A stretch of 64,000 nucleotides of DNA, taken from positions 3,067-67,066 of the forward strand of contig DASPRI010000030.1 in NCBI GenBank assembly GCA_035624535.1, written 5' to 3'. The DNA is from Burkholderiales bacterium. Lineage in GTDB: Bacteria > Pseudomonadota > Gammaproteobacteria > Burkholderiales > JAHFRG01. Made by a program: the position numbers and the translations under genes. This document shows positions 39,515 to 49,030 of the stretch, one piece after another (position 1 is the first letter of the stretch; each line of letters starts with the position of its first letter). Below the pieces are notes generated by a model. It had not been told where the DNA came from, made no database searches, and saw only the letters and a program-made list of their open reading frames with translations.

Positions 39515-40377
39515 AACACCGTGCCGATGTAATCGACGTGGCACAGCTGATGTCCCCAGATCAGCGCGATCAAACCGGCTGCGGCGAGGTAGGGTCCGAA
39601 CGGAATTGGAACACTGCGGCTTTGATCTTTGGCAACTATAAGGGCGATTCCGACCGTTGCGCCGACAAACGAGGAAATTAAAATTACCGGCAGCAGCATC
39701 TGCCAGCCGAGCCAAGCGCCGATCGCCGCAAGCAGCTTGAAATCCCCGTAGCCCATTCCTTCCTTTCCGGTGGCCCATTTGAACAACCAGTAAACCGACC
39801 ACAGCGCAAGATATCCCGCAATGGCACCGATGACGGCCGCTCTTAAGTCACTAAAGAGTGCGCCCAGGTTAAACAGCAAGCCGCACCACAAAAGCGGCAA
39901 GGTAATGCCGTCGGGAAGTAGCTGAGTCTCGAAATCTATAAAGGCGAGCGCAATCATGCCCCAAGCAAACAGCAGCGCCGCAAGCGCAGGCATGCCATAT
40001 CCGAACTGCCAGGCGATAGTTGCGCTCAAGATGCCGCTCAAAGCCTCGACCAGCGGATACCGTTTTGCTATCGGGGCGCCGCAGCCTGAGCATTTCCCTT
40101 TTAATATCACGTAGCTTAGTACCGGCATGTTTTCCAGCGCGGTGATAGGCTTGCCGCAATGTGGGCAGGCCGATCGCGGAACCAGGAGGTCAAAGTGCGG
40201 CGCGGGAGCGGGCGGCTCGCCCGACAATTCGGCGCACTGCTTGCGCCATTCCCGTTCCAGCATTTTTGGCAAACGGTAGATGACCACGTTCAAGAAACTG
40301 CCCACCATCAGGCCTAAAATCAGACACAGTGCGATGAATAGGTAAGGCGTGGTTTGCACCAATTGAAGCGATGACAT
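39499..40377 (-). CDS. pilD: Prepilin peptidase / N-methyltransferase
   Basis: 292 aa, polytopic, with cysteine pairs CPHCGKPI and CSGCGAPI and the GMGYGDFKL aspartyl-protease motif. Confidence 0.9.
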   Translation of the reverse strand: MSSLQLVQTTPYLFIALCLILGLMVGSFLNVVIYRLPKMLEREWRKQCAELSGEPPAPAPHFDLLVPRSACPHCGKPITALENMPVLSYVILKGKCSGCGAPIAKRYPLVEALSGILSATIAWQFGYGMPALAALLFAWGMIALAFIDFETQLLPDGITLPLLWCGLLFNLGALFSDLRAAVIGAIAGYLALWSVYWLFKWATGKEGMGYGDFKLLAAIGAWLGWQMLLPVILISSFVGATVGIALIVAKDQSRSVPIPFGPYLAAAGLIALIWGHQLCHVDYIGTVLCPLR

Positions 40378-40481
40378 TGCCTTGAACTAAAAAAATGCGC
40401 AAGCAGCAAGGGAAGCTTGCTGCGAACGCCAGCGGTTGCAAACGTGAGTGGCCAGCGTGCGCGAGTTTCTTCTAAGCCGAC

Positions 40482-41708
40482 TTATACCGCCTGGCCCATC
40501 TTGAAAATCGGGAGATACATGGCGATCACCAGGCCGCCAATTAACGTGCCAAGCACCACCATGATTACCGGCTCCATCAGGCTGCTTAGCGCGTCTACTG
40601 CGTCGTCCACTTCCCCTTCGAAAAAGTCCGCTACTTTGCTGAGCATGTTATCCAGTGCTCCGGATTCCTCGCCGATGGCCACCATCTGCAGCACCATGCT
40701 GGGGAAAACTCTGCTGTTTTGCATCGCCACAGTGAGGCTGGTACCGGTGCTGATCTCACCTTGGATCTGCTTGGTTGCCTCGTAATAGACATAATTACCG
40801 GCAGCTCCGGCCACCGAATCCAGCGCTTCTACCAACGGCACGCCAGCGGCGAACATGGTAGCGAGCGTGCGCGACCAGCGAGCAATCGTCGCTTTCTCAA
40901 TGACAGGACCTATCACGGGTATCTTCAGCATCAGGCGGTCCATGAAGAATTGCATTTTCTCGGAACGTTTCCAGGTATAGAAGAAAAACCAGATGATGAA
41001 TCCGATTATTCCGAATATCGCGTACCAGTATTTGACGAAGTAGTCGGAAATTGCCATTACGACAAGAGTGGGCGTAGGAAGATCCGCGCCGAAACTTTCA
41101 AACAGGCTCTTGAAAGCCGGAATGACAAAAATCATGATTATTGAAGTTATGACAAAGGCCACGACGATAATGGAAGTTGGGTAAAACATCGCGGATTTGA
41201 TTTTGCTCTTGATGGCGAGAATTTTTTCCTTGTAAGTGGCGAGGCGGTCCAGCAAAGTGTCCAGAATACCTGCCGCTTCGCCCGCGCCTACTAGATTGCA
41301 GAACAGGTTATCGAAGTAAAGCGGGTATTTTCTGAATGCCTGGTTCAGGCTGCTGCCGGTCTCCACATCGGTCTTGATGTCGAGCAACAGTTTCGATACC
41401 GCGGGATTGTTGTGCCCCTTGCCAACGATATCGAAAGCCTGCAGCAACGGCACACCGGATTTCATCATGGTGGCGAGCTGCCGCGTGAACAGGGTAATGT
41501 CCTTTTAAGAAACCCTTCCACGCCCGCCACGTTGTTTCTTGACTCTGAATACCTGAATACCTTGGCGGCGCAACTGGGCCCTGACCACCGCTTCGCCACC
41601 GGCTTTCATCTGACCGGAAACCGCCTTGCCGGCCTTGTCCTTGCCCTCCCAAGAAAACATCAGTTCTTTAACTTTGACGTCTTTTCTTGCGGTCGCTGCG
41701 ATTGCCAT
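40482..41708 (-). pseudogene. pilC: Type IV pilus platform protein PilC interrupted by an in-frame TAA
   Basis: ORFs 41505-41708 (PilC N-terminus: FSWEGKDKAGKAVSGQMKAGGEAVVRAQLRRQGI) and 40482-41468 (two T2SSF domains) are in the same frame. The only interruption is TAA at 41505-41507. The codons just after it read KDITLFTRQLATMMKSGVPLLQAF, which is continuous PilC sequence. The joined length of about 407 aa matches normal PilC. Confidence 0.75.
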
Positions 41709-41767
41709 CTGCTTCTCCTTTATCCTTTGTGATTTCGGCTACCAACGTTCCGGATGACGGGCCATTG

Positions 41768-44137
41768 CTATTTAATGCAAACCGCACGCACTTGGCGCAT
41801 GTCGGTGAGTCCCATTAATACTTTCTCTATGCCATCCTGTTTTAAAGTGCGCATCCCGTCTTCGATCGCTGTGGTGAACAATTGGGTAACCATTGCATGC
41901 TCCTGAATGTTCCTCTTCAATGCATTGGTGCCAACGAGCATTTCATGTAGGCCGACGCGCCCGCGGTAGCCCGTCCCGTCGCACTCCTGACAAGCTCCGG
42001 GCTCATACAGGGTAAATTGCCCGCTTGAGTCGCCAAACAGCTTGACCCAATCGTGGTGAACTTGCTTAAACGCCGCGCTCGGGTCTTTCTGCCAGGATCT
42101 GGTATTTCTCAGTTCTTCGCAATACTCCATGAGCAAGAGCTTAAATTCGTTCCGACTAACGGTGTGCGGTTTTCTGCATTTGCTGCACAGGCGCTTGGCG
42201 AGGCGTTGCGCCAGCACCCCCAGCAGCGCATCGGAGAAATTAAACGGGTCCATCCCCATGTCCAGCAAGCGTATGATCGACTCGGGCGCGCTGTTGGTGT
42301 GCAAGGTGGCAAATACCAAGTGACCGGTGAGCGACGCCTCGATGCCGATGGAAACGGTCTCCTTGTCGCGCATCTCACCCACCATGATCACGTCCGGATC
42401 ACAGCGCAGAAACGAGCGCATCGCGACCGCGAAGGTAAGCCCGGCTTTCGGGTTCATCTGCACCTGGCGCAAGCCTTTCTGGGTGATTTCCACCGGGTCT
42501 TCCGCGGTCCAGATCTTGGTTTCCGGGGTATTGATATAGCCCAGCACCGAGTGCAGGGTGGTGGTCTTGCCTGAACCGGTCGGGCCGCACACAAAGAACA
42601 ATCCGTACGGCTTGGAGATCACGCCCTTCAGGGTGTTCAGGTTGTGCTCGCTTAGAGCCAGTTTCTCCAACGGGATTGGCTCGCCTGCTCCAAGAATACG
42701 CATGACTATGTCTTCGACCGAACCCTGCGAGGGTATGGTGGCAACCCGTAATTCGATGTCCAGCGGACCGAACTTCTTGAACTTGATCTTGCCGTCCTGC
42801 GGTTTTCTTTTCTCGGAGATATCGAGATCGCACATGATCTTGATTCGCGTTACCAAAGCACTGCGGTAACTCGCGGGAATTTCTATGTACGGCACCAGCG
42901 AGCCATCCTTGCGGAAGCGGATTTCGGTCTTGGCCTTCCCTGGATAAGGTTCAATGTGAATGTCCGATGCGCCTTGATGGTAGGCGTCTATTATGATCTT
43001 GTTGACCAGCTTCACCAGTTCGTTATCCGCGGCGGCGGAAATTTCGTCCGCGCCCCCACCTTCTCCCTCGAGTTCTTCATCCAGCCCCGACAGGAGCTCA
43101 CCCACCGTGGCAACATCCATCCCTCCTGCTCCATACAGCGAGTCCAGAGTGCTGATAAATTCGCGGTTGGTGCACACCCGGTAGAGCAACTTATGCTTGG
43201 GGAATACATTGTTGGCGACTCGTGACCCCTTGATACGTTCAGGATCGGTGGTAAGAATGATCAGCCCGTCCTTCGTTTCCTCAATCGGAACCCACGAACT
43301 ATTCTGGACGAAGTCGCGCTTAAGGTTTTTCAACAACTCCGCGGGTTTGATTCGATCGGCGCGAAACGGTTCGTACGGTACCTGATAAAATTTCGATAAT
43401 GATTGCCCTAAGGAAGGAAGCTTGACCTGGAATTCGTCGATTAATACGTCTTCGATGTCGATGTTCTTCCTGCGTGCCGACCGCGTCGCAAGTTCATATT
43501 CCTCCGCCGAAATTACCGCGTCTGCAACCAGGTAATCGTATTTGGTACGGACCATATGATGCGCTTGCTGGCGCTGCTTCAGCGCAATGGCGAGGGTTTC
43601 GCAAATAAAACTCACCCCTTCTTCCATAACCTGCGCAAACGGCACTCCTCCCCTATTATTGATGATCTGCACCACGCCGATGGGCTCGCCGCTGCTGGCA
43701 TCGATAATCGGTGCCACCAGCATTTGTCTGGTCCTGTACCCGGTACGCTTATCGACTTCTTTGAGGAAACTCAGTTGTGGACTCAGCGCCCTCAACTCAT
43801 TGTCGTCATAAACATCCTTGATGTTGACCGGTTTCTTGTTCATCGCTACGAATCCGGCGATACTTTGCTCATTAATTGGCAGTTTCAAGTCCTTGAAAGA
43901 ATTGAGCCCTGTCTTCACTTTGGAAATAATCGAAGTCTTGTCTTCGGCTACCGTGTAGATGGTGAGGCGGTCCGCATTGAACAGCGAACAGATATCCTGA
44001 CTTACCTCCAACATGATTTCATCAATATTGTAAGCGGCATGGATCTTATTGGTGACCGCCTGCAATTTTTTTGTGAAATTCAGTTTTTCAGTGAGAACAT
44101 CCTTGGTTACCGGTTGCGCCTGAAATACCGTACTCAT
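41768..44137 (-). CDS. pilB: Type IV pilus extension ATPase PilB (GspE family) with an N-terminal GAF domain
   Basis: 789 aa. Residues about 30-190 are GAF-like (RLTIYTV ... IAGFVAMNKKPVNIKDVYDD ... MLVAPIID ... PIGVVQIINNRG). This is followed by a T2SSE_N-like region, Walker A GPTGSGKTTT, and the tetracysteine cluster CSKCRKP...CQECDGTGYRGR. Confidence 0.9.
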   Translation of the reverse strand: MSTVFQAQPVTKDVLTEKLNFTKKLQAVTNKIHAAYNIDEIMLEVSQDICSLFNADRLTIYTVAEDKTSIISKVKTGLNSFKDLKLPINEQSIAGFVAMNKKPVNIKDVYDDNELRALSPQLSFLKEVDKRTGYRTRQMLVAPIIDASSGEPIGVVQIINNRGGVPFAQVMEEGVSFICETLAIALKQRQQAHHMVRTKYDYLVADAVISAEEYELATRSARRKNIDIEDVLIDEFQVKLPSLGQSLSKFYQVPYEPFRADRIKPAELLKNLKRDFVQNSSWVPIEETKDGLIILTTDPERIKGSRVANNVFPKHKLLYRVCTNREFISTLDSLYGAGGMDVATVGELLSGLDEELEGEGGGADEISAAADNELVKLVNKIIIDAYHQGASDIHIEPYPGKAKTEIRFRKDGSLVPYIEIPASYRSALVTRIKIMCDLDISEKRKPQDGKIKFKKFGPLDIELRVATIPSQGSVEDIVMRILGAGEPIPLEKLALSEHNLNTLKGVISKPYGLFFVCGPTGSGKTTTLHSVLGYINTPETKIWTAEDPVEITQKGLRQVQMNPKAGLTFAVAMRSFLRCDPDVIMVGEMRDKETVSIGIEASLTGHLVFATLHTNSAPESIIRLLDMGMDPFNFSDALLGVLAQRLAKRLCSKCRKPHTVSRNEFKLLLMEYCEELRNTRSWQKDPSAAFKQVHHDWVKLFGDSSGQFTLYEPGACQECDGTGYRGRVGLHEMLVGTNALKRNIQEHAMVTQLFTTAIEDGMRTLKQDGIEKVLMGLTDMRQVRAVCIK

Positions 44138-44583
44138 AGCTAAAACCCCATTTCTACACGGTGAAAATCACTCGACTAAACCTCAGACATCCGAGCGCGT
44201 CGCAGCTCGGTTGCTGGTAATTTGAGACTGCTTGCTTCGTCGCTTTAGGACGCGTTGCCATCGACTTTTCGCGCACCCATCCTACAATACGGGCCAAAAA
44301 ACTGATACCGCCGATATTGCTTAAAACACCGATGCCTAACCACGATCGCATTGGCACAGGCAAACCGCCCCAACCCGAAGCCTCCGCGCTGATACCTGCA
44401 CTGGCCAACATAACATAAACGGGGGCCTCAAGATTTTGTGCAAGCGACGGCTGATTTTGACCGTGCACCGAAATATGCTGCTTTTTTGAGCCCCATGCGT
44501 TCCACGCAAGATTCATTCCAGCCAATTTTAGCTCCGCGAAGGCAACTAATCCAATTTATTAGTTCACATTTATTATTTCAAGC

Positions 44584-46836
44584 TCACTTGGTTTCATACA
44601 CCCAAACGCCATTCCAACCGGTGTTAGGAGGATTGACGCGAAAATTCTTGATGCGTTCCAGAAACAGCTTGTACAGGCGAGTGGTGGGCGCCATCTTTGC
44701 CAAGTTGATTAGCTGTAGCTCAGCCAGGTCCCAGTCACGTGCCCGGTAAAGTTTAAGCACCCGCTGAAACAGTTGTAATTCGTCCAATACCTCCGCATTG
44801 ACTTGGCCGTAAATCCCGAGCGGTTCGTAAATGAACACCGGTTCATCCTTGCCCTTTACCCTTACCTGATCCAGTTCGCGGTACACAATGCCGGGGACCA
44901 TGTTCTTGGTCATTTCGCTCAAGATAACGTCTGCGCCGTACTCCTTGCATAACCCCTCCAGCCTCGAGGCCAGGTTCACCGAATCGCCCATGACGGTGTA
45001 GGCCTTGCGTACCGCTGAACCCATGTCGCCCACAACCATGATGCCGGTGTTGATGCCTACGCCAATCCTGATTTCCGGCCAGCCGCGTGCCTTGAACTGC
45101 TCGCGCAACTGTCGCGCGGTAGCTTGCATTTCCAGAGCGCTGATCACGGCATTGCGCGGATGTTCCGGATCGTTCACCGGTGCACCCCAGAACGCCATAA
45201 TGGCGTCGCCAATATATTTGTCCAATGTGCCGTGGTGCGAGCGGATTATACGGGTCATCGCCGTAAGATAGGCATTGACAAAAGCAGCCAGTTCTTTAGG
45301 TTCAAGACCCTCGGAAATCGATGTGAAATCGCGCACATCTGAAAATAGCACTGACAGTTCCTGGCTTTTGCCTTCCATGCTGTAGCGCTTCGGATCCTCG
45401 CTCATTTTGTCCACCAATTCAGGCGGGACATACTGCCCGAACAGATCAGCAAACTGCCGCTTGATGCGCGACTCAGCAAAGTAGCCGTACGACATGTTGA
45501 GGGCGAACAGTGCGAGGACCAGCAACAACACGCTAGCCGCCGGCAGCACCAGGTTGCCGTAATACCAGGCAATGACATTGGTGCTGAGCACGAACAGCAA
45601 AACGCCAAGAGTAAAAAATCCCCATTTTATTGGATTGAGAAATGGCATCAACAGCGTCAAGCCCACTCCCGCAAAAAGTAGCAACACCATTTCCGCGCCG
45701 CGCACATAGGGCGGGTTTTGCTTGATATTCCCGTCGAGCATTCCGCTAATCAGATTGGCGTGGATCTCGACTCCGGGATAGGCTTTGCCGACCGGTGTCG
45801 AGCGCAAATCCTTGAGCCCGGGGGCGGTGGTACCGATCAGCACTATCGTGCCTTTGAGTTCTCCGGGATTAAGTCTGTCATGCAGCACGTCGGTAGCAGA
45901 CACGTACCTGAAACTACCCTGCTTTCCCCGATAGGGCACCAGGGCTGCAACATTCTCATCCACCGGAATTCGTAGCGGTCCCACTTTCAGAAATTCAAGC
46001 CTGGAAAAATCCTTCGCTCCGAGGCCCATATGCAACAGCTGGTCGGAGGCGTAATCTGGTTCCACATTTGGGAAGCCCAGCAAAGCACGAACGATGGCAA
46101 GCGACAACGGCTCATAGTATGCGTCTTTGTACTTGGCGAGCATTGGCACACGTCTGTTGACGCCATCGGCGGCATCGTAAATCGGGTTGATGTGGCCCGC
46201 ACCGGCGGCGGCTTGCTGCAACTCAGCGAGGTTTGCGCCATAGCCGTCCCAGGTGACAAATTGAATACCCTTGCCGGGAAAGGTGCCCGCAGGAAGGACT
46301 GGGGGCGGCAAAGCATTTAGCGTTACGTATTTGCCCGCGAATTCTTCATTGGTAAAGTAGTAGCCAAGCAGAACCGGATGCTTTTTCAGGCTCGCGGCGA
46401 ATATCCGGTCGTATTCAAGCTCGGGCCGCACCTGCGCCAGCGCAGCCTGAAACTGTGGATCGCTTTTAAACTGTCCTCGCGACAAATCTTCCAAAACTCG
46501 GAGTCCCGAACTTTCGTCTTTCTCTGCGAACACCATGTCAAATCCTGCGACCTCGGCGCCATAGCGGTCGAACAGCTTGTCCACCATCAATGCGACACGG
46601 TTTCGGCTCCATGGCCAATGCCCTTCTTCCGCCAGACTTTTTTCGTCGATGTCCACGATCACGATGCGATTGTCAACGGTGTCCGGCATGGTGAGCCGCA
46701 GGCGCGCATCGTAAATAATGGAATCCAGCTGTTGCAAGAAAGTGAATTCGTGAATCTTTGCCACATGAGCTAGAAACACCAGCGTGATGACCAGACCCAG
46801 GATGATGCGGAGCCAGTGTTTTTTTATATCTAACAA
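44584..46836 (-). CDS. CHASE2 sensor-domain class III adenylate/guanylate cyclase
   Basis: 750 aa. It has an N-terminal transmembrane helix, a CHASE2-like periplasmic region (VIVDIDEKSLAEEGHWPWSRN) and three transmembrane helices. The cyclase domain follows (VLFSDVRDFTSISE, GDAIMAFWGAP, YTVMGDSVNLASRLEG). TTG start. Confidence 0.9.
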   Translation of the reverse strand: MLDIKKHWLRIILGLVITLVFLAHVAKIHEFTFLQQLDSIIYDARLRLTMPDTVDNRIVIVDIDEKSLAEEGHWPWSRNRVALMVDKLFDRYGAEVAGFDMVFAEKDESSGLRVLEDLSRGQFKSDPQFQAALAQVRPELEYDRIFAASLKKHPVLLGYYFTNEEFAGKYVTLNALPPPVLPAGTFPGKGIQFVTWDGYGANLAELQQAAAGAGHINPIYDAADGVNRRVPMLAKYKDAYYEPLSLAIVRALLGFPNVEPDYASDQLLHMGLGAKDFSRLEFLKVGPLRIPVDENVAALVPYRGKQGSFRYVSATDVLHDRLNPGELKGTIVLIGTTAPGLKDLRSTPVGKAYPGVEIHANLISGMLDGNIKQNPPYVRGAEMVLLLFAGVGLTLLMPFLNPIKWGFFTLGVLLFVLSTNVIAWYYGNLVLPAASVLLLVLALFALNMSYGYFAESRIKRQFADLFGQYVPPELVDKMSEDPKRYSMEGKSQELSVLFSDVRDFTSISEGLEPKELAAFVNAYLTAMTRIIRSHHGTLDKYIGDAIMAFWGAPVNDPEHPRNAVISALEMQATARQLREQFKARGWPEIRIGVGINTGIMVVGDMGSAVRKAYTVMGDSVNLASRLEGLCKEYGADVILSEMTKNMVPGIVYRELDQVRVKGKDEPVFIYEPLGIYGQVNAEVLDELQLFQRVLKLYRARDWDLAELQLINLAKMAPTTRLYKLFLERIKNFRVNPPNTGWNGVWVYETK

Positions 46837-47052
46837 GCGGCTTCCTTCCTGCGGACCGGGAACCGATGCACCTGGGTGATGCCATGTGGATCAATCGAAG
46901 GAACAGCGACCCCGGGACAGACGGTACAGCTAAGCGCCGGGGGCGCGAAGGAACGCGGTCCGTGCGTGCGGGTTTCGTATGTCGCGTTTTGACTTAACGC
47001 GGCACCCCGCTGCGCTGCGCTCATCAGCCCCTCTTGCTTGACCTGTGACCGC

Positions 47053-48162
47053 TCAGGCCACTTTATAGAAGAACTCCATCTTTATTCCCCCGAGCTCGAT
47101 GATGTCGTGATCGTTCAAGGCATGCGCCTGAGCGTCGAGAGCCTTTCCGTTCAGCAGCGGAAAGGTCGCGCCTTCTACGTGTGTGATGAAGTAACCTTGC
47201 GGGCGACGTGTAATAACTGCCACTTGCACGCCCGGCTTGCCCAAAGTTGTGAGACTCTTGGTCAAATCTAACTCCTTGCCTGCGCTAGGGCCAGTGAGTA
47301 TTTGAATAGATCCGAGACGGGGGGATTTGACTTCCGCTGCTGTGGAAGGTCTCCGCTCTGCCATTGCCACAGCAGGTTTAGCCATGGCCGGTTTGGGCTT
47401 ATCTTCTGCCGCAGGCTTGACTTCTACTACCGGTTTGACTTCCGCAGTAGGTTTGAGCTCGGCGGGTTTAATTCGGGCTTCTGCGGCTGGTTTCAATCCC
47501 GCCCCCGGCTTCATCTCTGCAGCCGGCTTCGTCTCTGCCGCAGGTTTCGTTTCGATCGCCGGCTTCACTTCGATGAAGGGTTTTACCTCGGCCACCGGTT
47601 TCAGCTCCGGCTCTGCTTTCATTTCGCTCATCTGCCGCATCTCGGTGGGTTTCATCTCGGCGGCCGATTTTGCTTCGCCCGCTGCCTGTTTATGCTCCAC
47701 GGCTTTAGCCTCTGCAGCAAGTTTCGCGGCTACGGCGGCATCAGGAATAGTATCCATCGGCTGCGGTTGCTCTGCAGTCTGCAATTGCTGAATAATTCCT
47801 TCGCCCGTCCTGAACCCCGGTTTGGGATGGATCACCACAGTCTTTTCATAATTGCCACCAGCGGCCTGGCTCGGCTGCTCACTGAGGTATTTCAATTTAT
47901 ACTTGCCGAGCTCAATGACGTCATTATTTTGCAGGAAATGCTTTTTCACCATATTGCCGTTCACGAAGGTTCCGTTGGTGCTGCCTAGATCTTCCAAGAA
48001 CGAATCGTTGAGTATGGTGACGATGACCGCGTGCTCGCCGCTCACTGCAAGATTGTCGATCTGTATGTCATTGCTTGGTTTCCGGCCAATGGTAGTGCGC
48101 TCCTTGCTGAGGGGAATTTCCTTCATCACCAGGTTGTCCATGCTAAGAATCAACTTCGCCAT
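47053..48162 (-). CDS. FHA-domain protein with a central KP-rich repeat linker and a C-terminal FHA-like domain
   Basis: 369 aa. The N-terminal FHA domain reads TIGRKPSNDIQIDNLAVSGEHAVI...GSTNGTFVNG. The central region contains about 12 hexapeptide repeats. The C-terminal roughly 90 aa is FHA-like (LLNGKAL...DHDIIELGGIKMEF). Confidence 0.85.
   Translation of the reverse strand: MAKLILSMDNLVMKEIPLSKERTTIGRKPSNDIQIDNLAVSGEHAVIVTILNDSFLEDLGSTNGTFVNGNMVKKHFLQNNDVIELGKYKLKYLSEQPSQAAGGNYEKTVVIHPKPGFRTGEGIIQQLQTAEQPQPMDTIPDAAVAAKLAAEAKAVEHKQAAGEAKSAAEMKPTEMRQMSEMKAEPELKPVAEVKPFIEVKPAIETKPAAETKPAAEMKPGAGLKPAAEARIKPAELKPTAEVKPVVEVKPAAEDKPKPAMAKPAVAMAERRPSTAAEVKSPRLGSIQILTGPSAGKELDLTKSLTTLGKPGVQVAVITRRPQGYFITHVEGATFPLLNGKALDAQAHALNDHDIIELGGIKMEFFYKVA
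47368..47670 (-). repeat. Imperfect 18-nt (hexapeptide) tandem repeats inside the FHA gene
   Basis: The protein segment reads ...ELKPVAEVKPFIEVKPAIETKPAAETKPAAEMKPGAGLKPAAEARIKPAELKPTAEVKPVVEVKPAAEDKP.... The DNA shows recurring GGCTTC/GGTTTC units with 18-nt spacing. Confidence 0.7.
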
Positions 48163-48169
48163 AATTTCC

Positions 48170-49030
48170 TCACACCCTCGCTAACCTGAACCACGATGAT
48201 AACCGGCTTATCCAGTCCGCACCAACAGGTAGGTGGCGCAAAATGCGCACCAGGATCACCGAAATATTATCGCGCCCGCCGTTATCGTTTGCCAATTGCA
48301 CCAGTTGCTGCGATGCCAGCGGCAAATTGGCTTGCAGGCTCGATAGCGTAAGTTGAATTTCACCATCCTCCACCATATCGCTCAATCCGTCTGAGCAAAG
48401 CAGATAGAGATCGCCAACTTCCACCTCGTACGTATGAATCTCTGGCTCGACTTCGGGATCAATTCCCAAGGCGCGTGTTACCAGATTTCTGTTGAGGGAG
48501 AATCTCGCCATTTCCTGGGTAATCATGCCGGAGTCGATTTGTTCCTGCAATAGCGAATGATCCCGGGTAATTTGCTTAAGTTCGTCCCGGCGTAACCGGT
48601 AAAGACGCGAATCGCCAAGGTGTGCCACGCTTAAATGTCTATCATAAAATAATCCGACTAGAAGGGTGGTGCCCATTCCGGCATATTGCGGCTGACTTTT
48701 CGCCGCCTGATATATCGACGCATTGGCCCCCGCGATCTGCTCCCTCAAAATTCTTACCGCCTGCGTCTCTCCGCTCGTCGGCTCGACCCTGCCCGGTTCG
48801 GCACCCATCAAGATTTGCTTCAGGCTGGTGCCGAGCATGGCGGTGGCAATACCGCTCGCCACTTCACCGGCATTATACCCGCCCATTCCGTCCGCGAGGA
48901 TAACATAACCGCTTGCGGCGTCCACCGCGATGCTGTCCTCGTTGTGCGAACGCACCATGCCCGGGTCGGTGGCAGCAACAATTTCCAATGCCTTGCTCTG
49001 GTCCATAAACCCTCTTTCAAGCGCCGACAT
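48170..49030 (-). CDS. PP2C-family Ser/Thr protein phosphatase
   Basis: 286 aa with the motifs RSHNEDS, LADGMGG, LCSDGLSD and GGRDNISVILV. It overlaps the kinase stop by 14 nt. Confidence 0.9.
   Translation of the reverse strand: MSALERGFMDQSKALEIVAATDPGMVRSHNEDSIAVDAASGYVILADGMGGYNAGEVASGIATAMLGTSLKQILMGAEPGRVEPTSGETQAVRILREQIAGANASIYQAAKSQPQYAGMGTTLLVGLFYDRHLSVAHLGDSRLYRLRRDELKQITRDHSLLQEQIDSGMITQEMARFSLNRNLVTRALGIDPEVEPEIHTYEVEVGDLYLLCSDGLSDMVEDGEIQLTLSSLQANLPLASQQLVQLANDNGGRDNISVILVRILRHLPVGADWISRLSSWFRLARV

Noticed and set aside
38897-39802. A 301-aa ORF that would give CoaE a 96-aa N-terminal extension.
   Set aside because: The extension overlaps the pilD coding region and has no kinase-like sequence. 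The canonical CoaE start MPFTVGLTGGIGCGKS is at 39514. The same reasoning trims mraZ (8250 to 8343), ftsZ (25058 to 25136) and yacG (38122 to 38077).
44154-44525. A 123-aa ORF in the 446-nt gap between the cyclase and pilB. It was also checked as a possible pilin (pilA) location.
   Set aside because: There is no class III signal peptide or pilin motif (G-F-T-L-I-E) in any frame, no convincing ribosome-binding site, and no recognisable family. It is left unannotated. The gap more likely holds the pilB promoter.
46830-47024. A 64-aa ORF in the 216-nt spacer between the FHA gene and the CHASE2 cyclase.
   Set aside because: The composition resembles that of GC-rich non-coding DNA. There are no motifs and no ribosome-binding site. 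It overlaps the cyclase start codon region.
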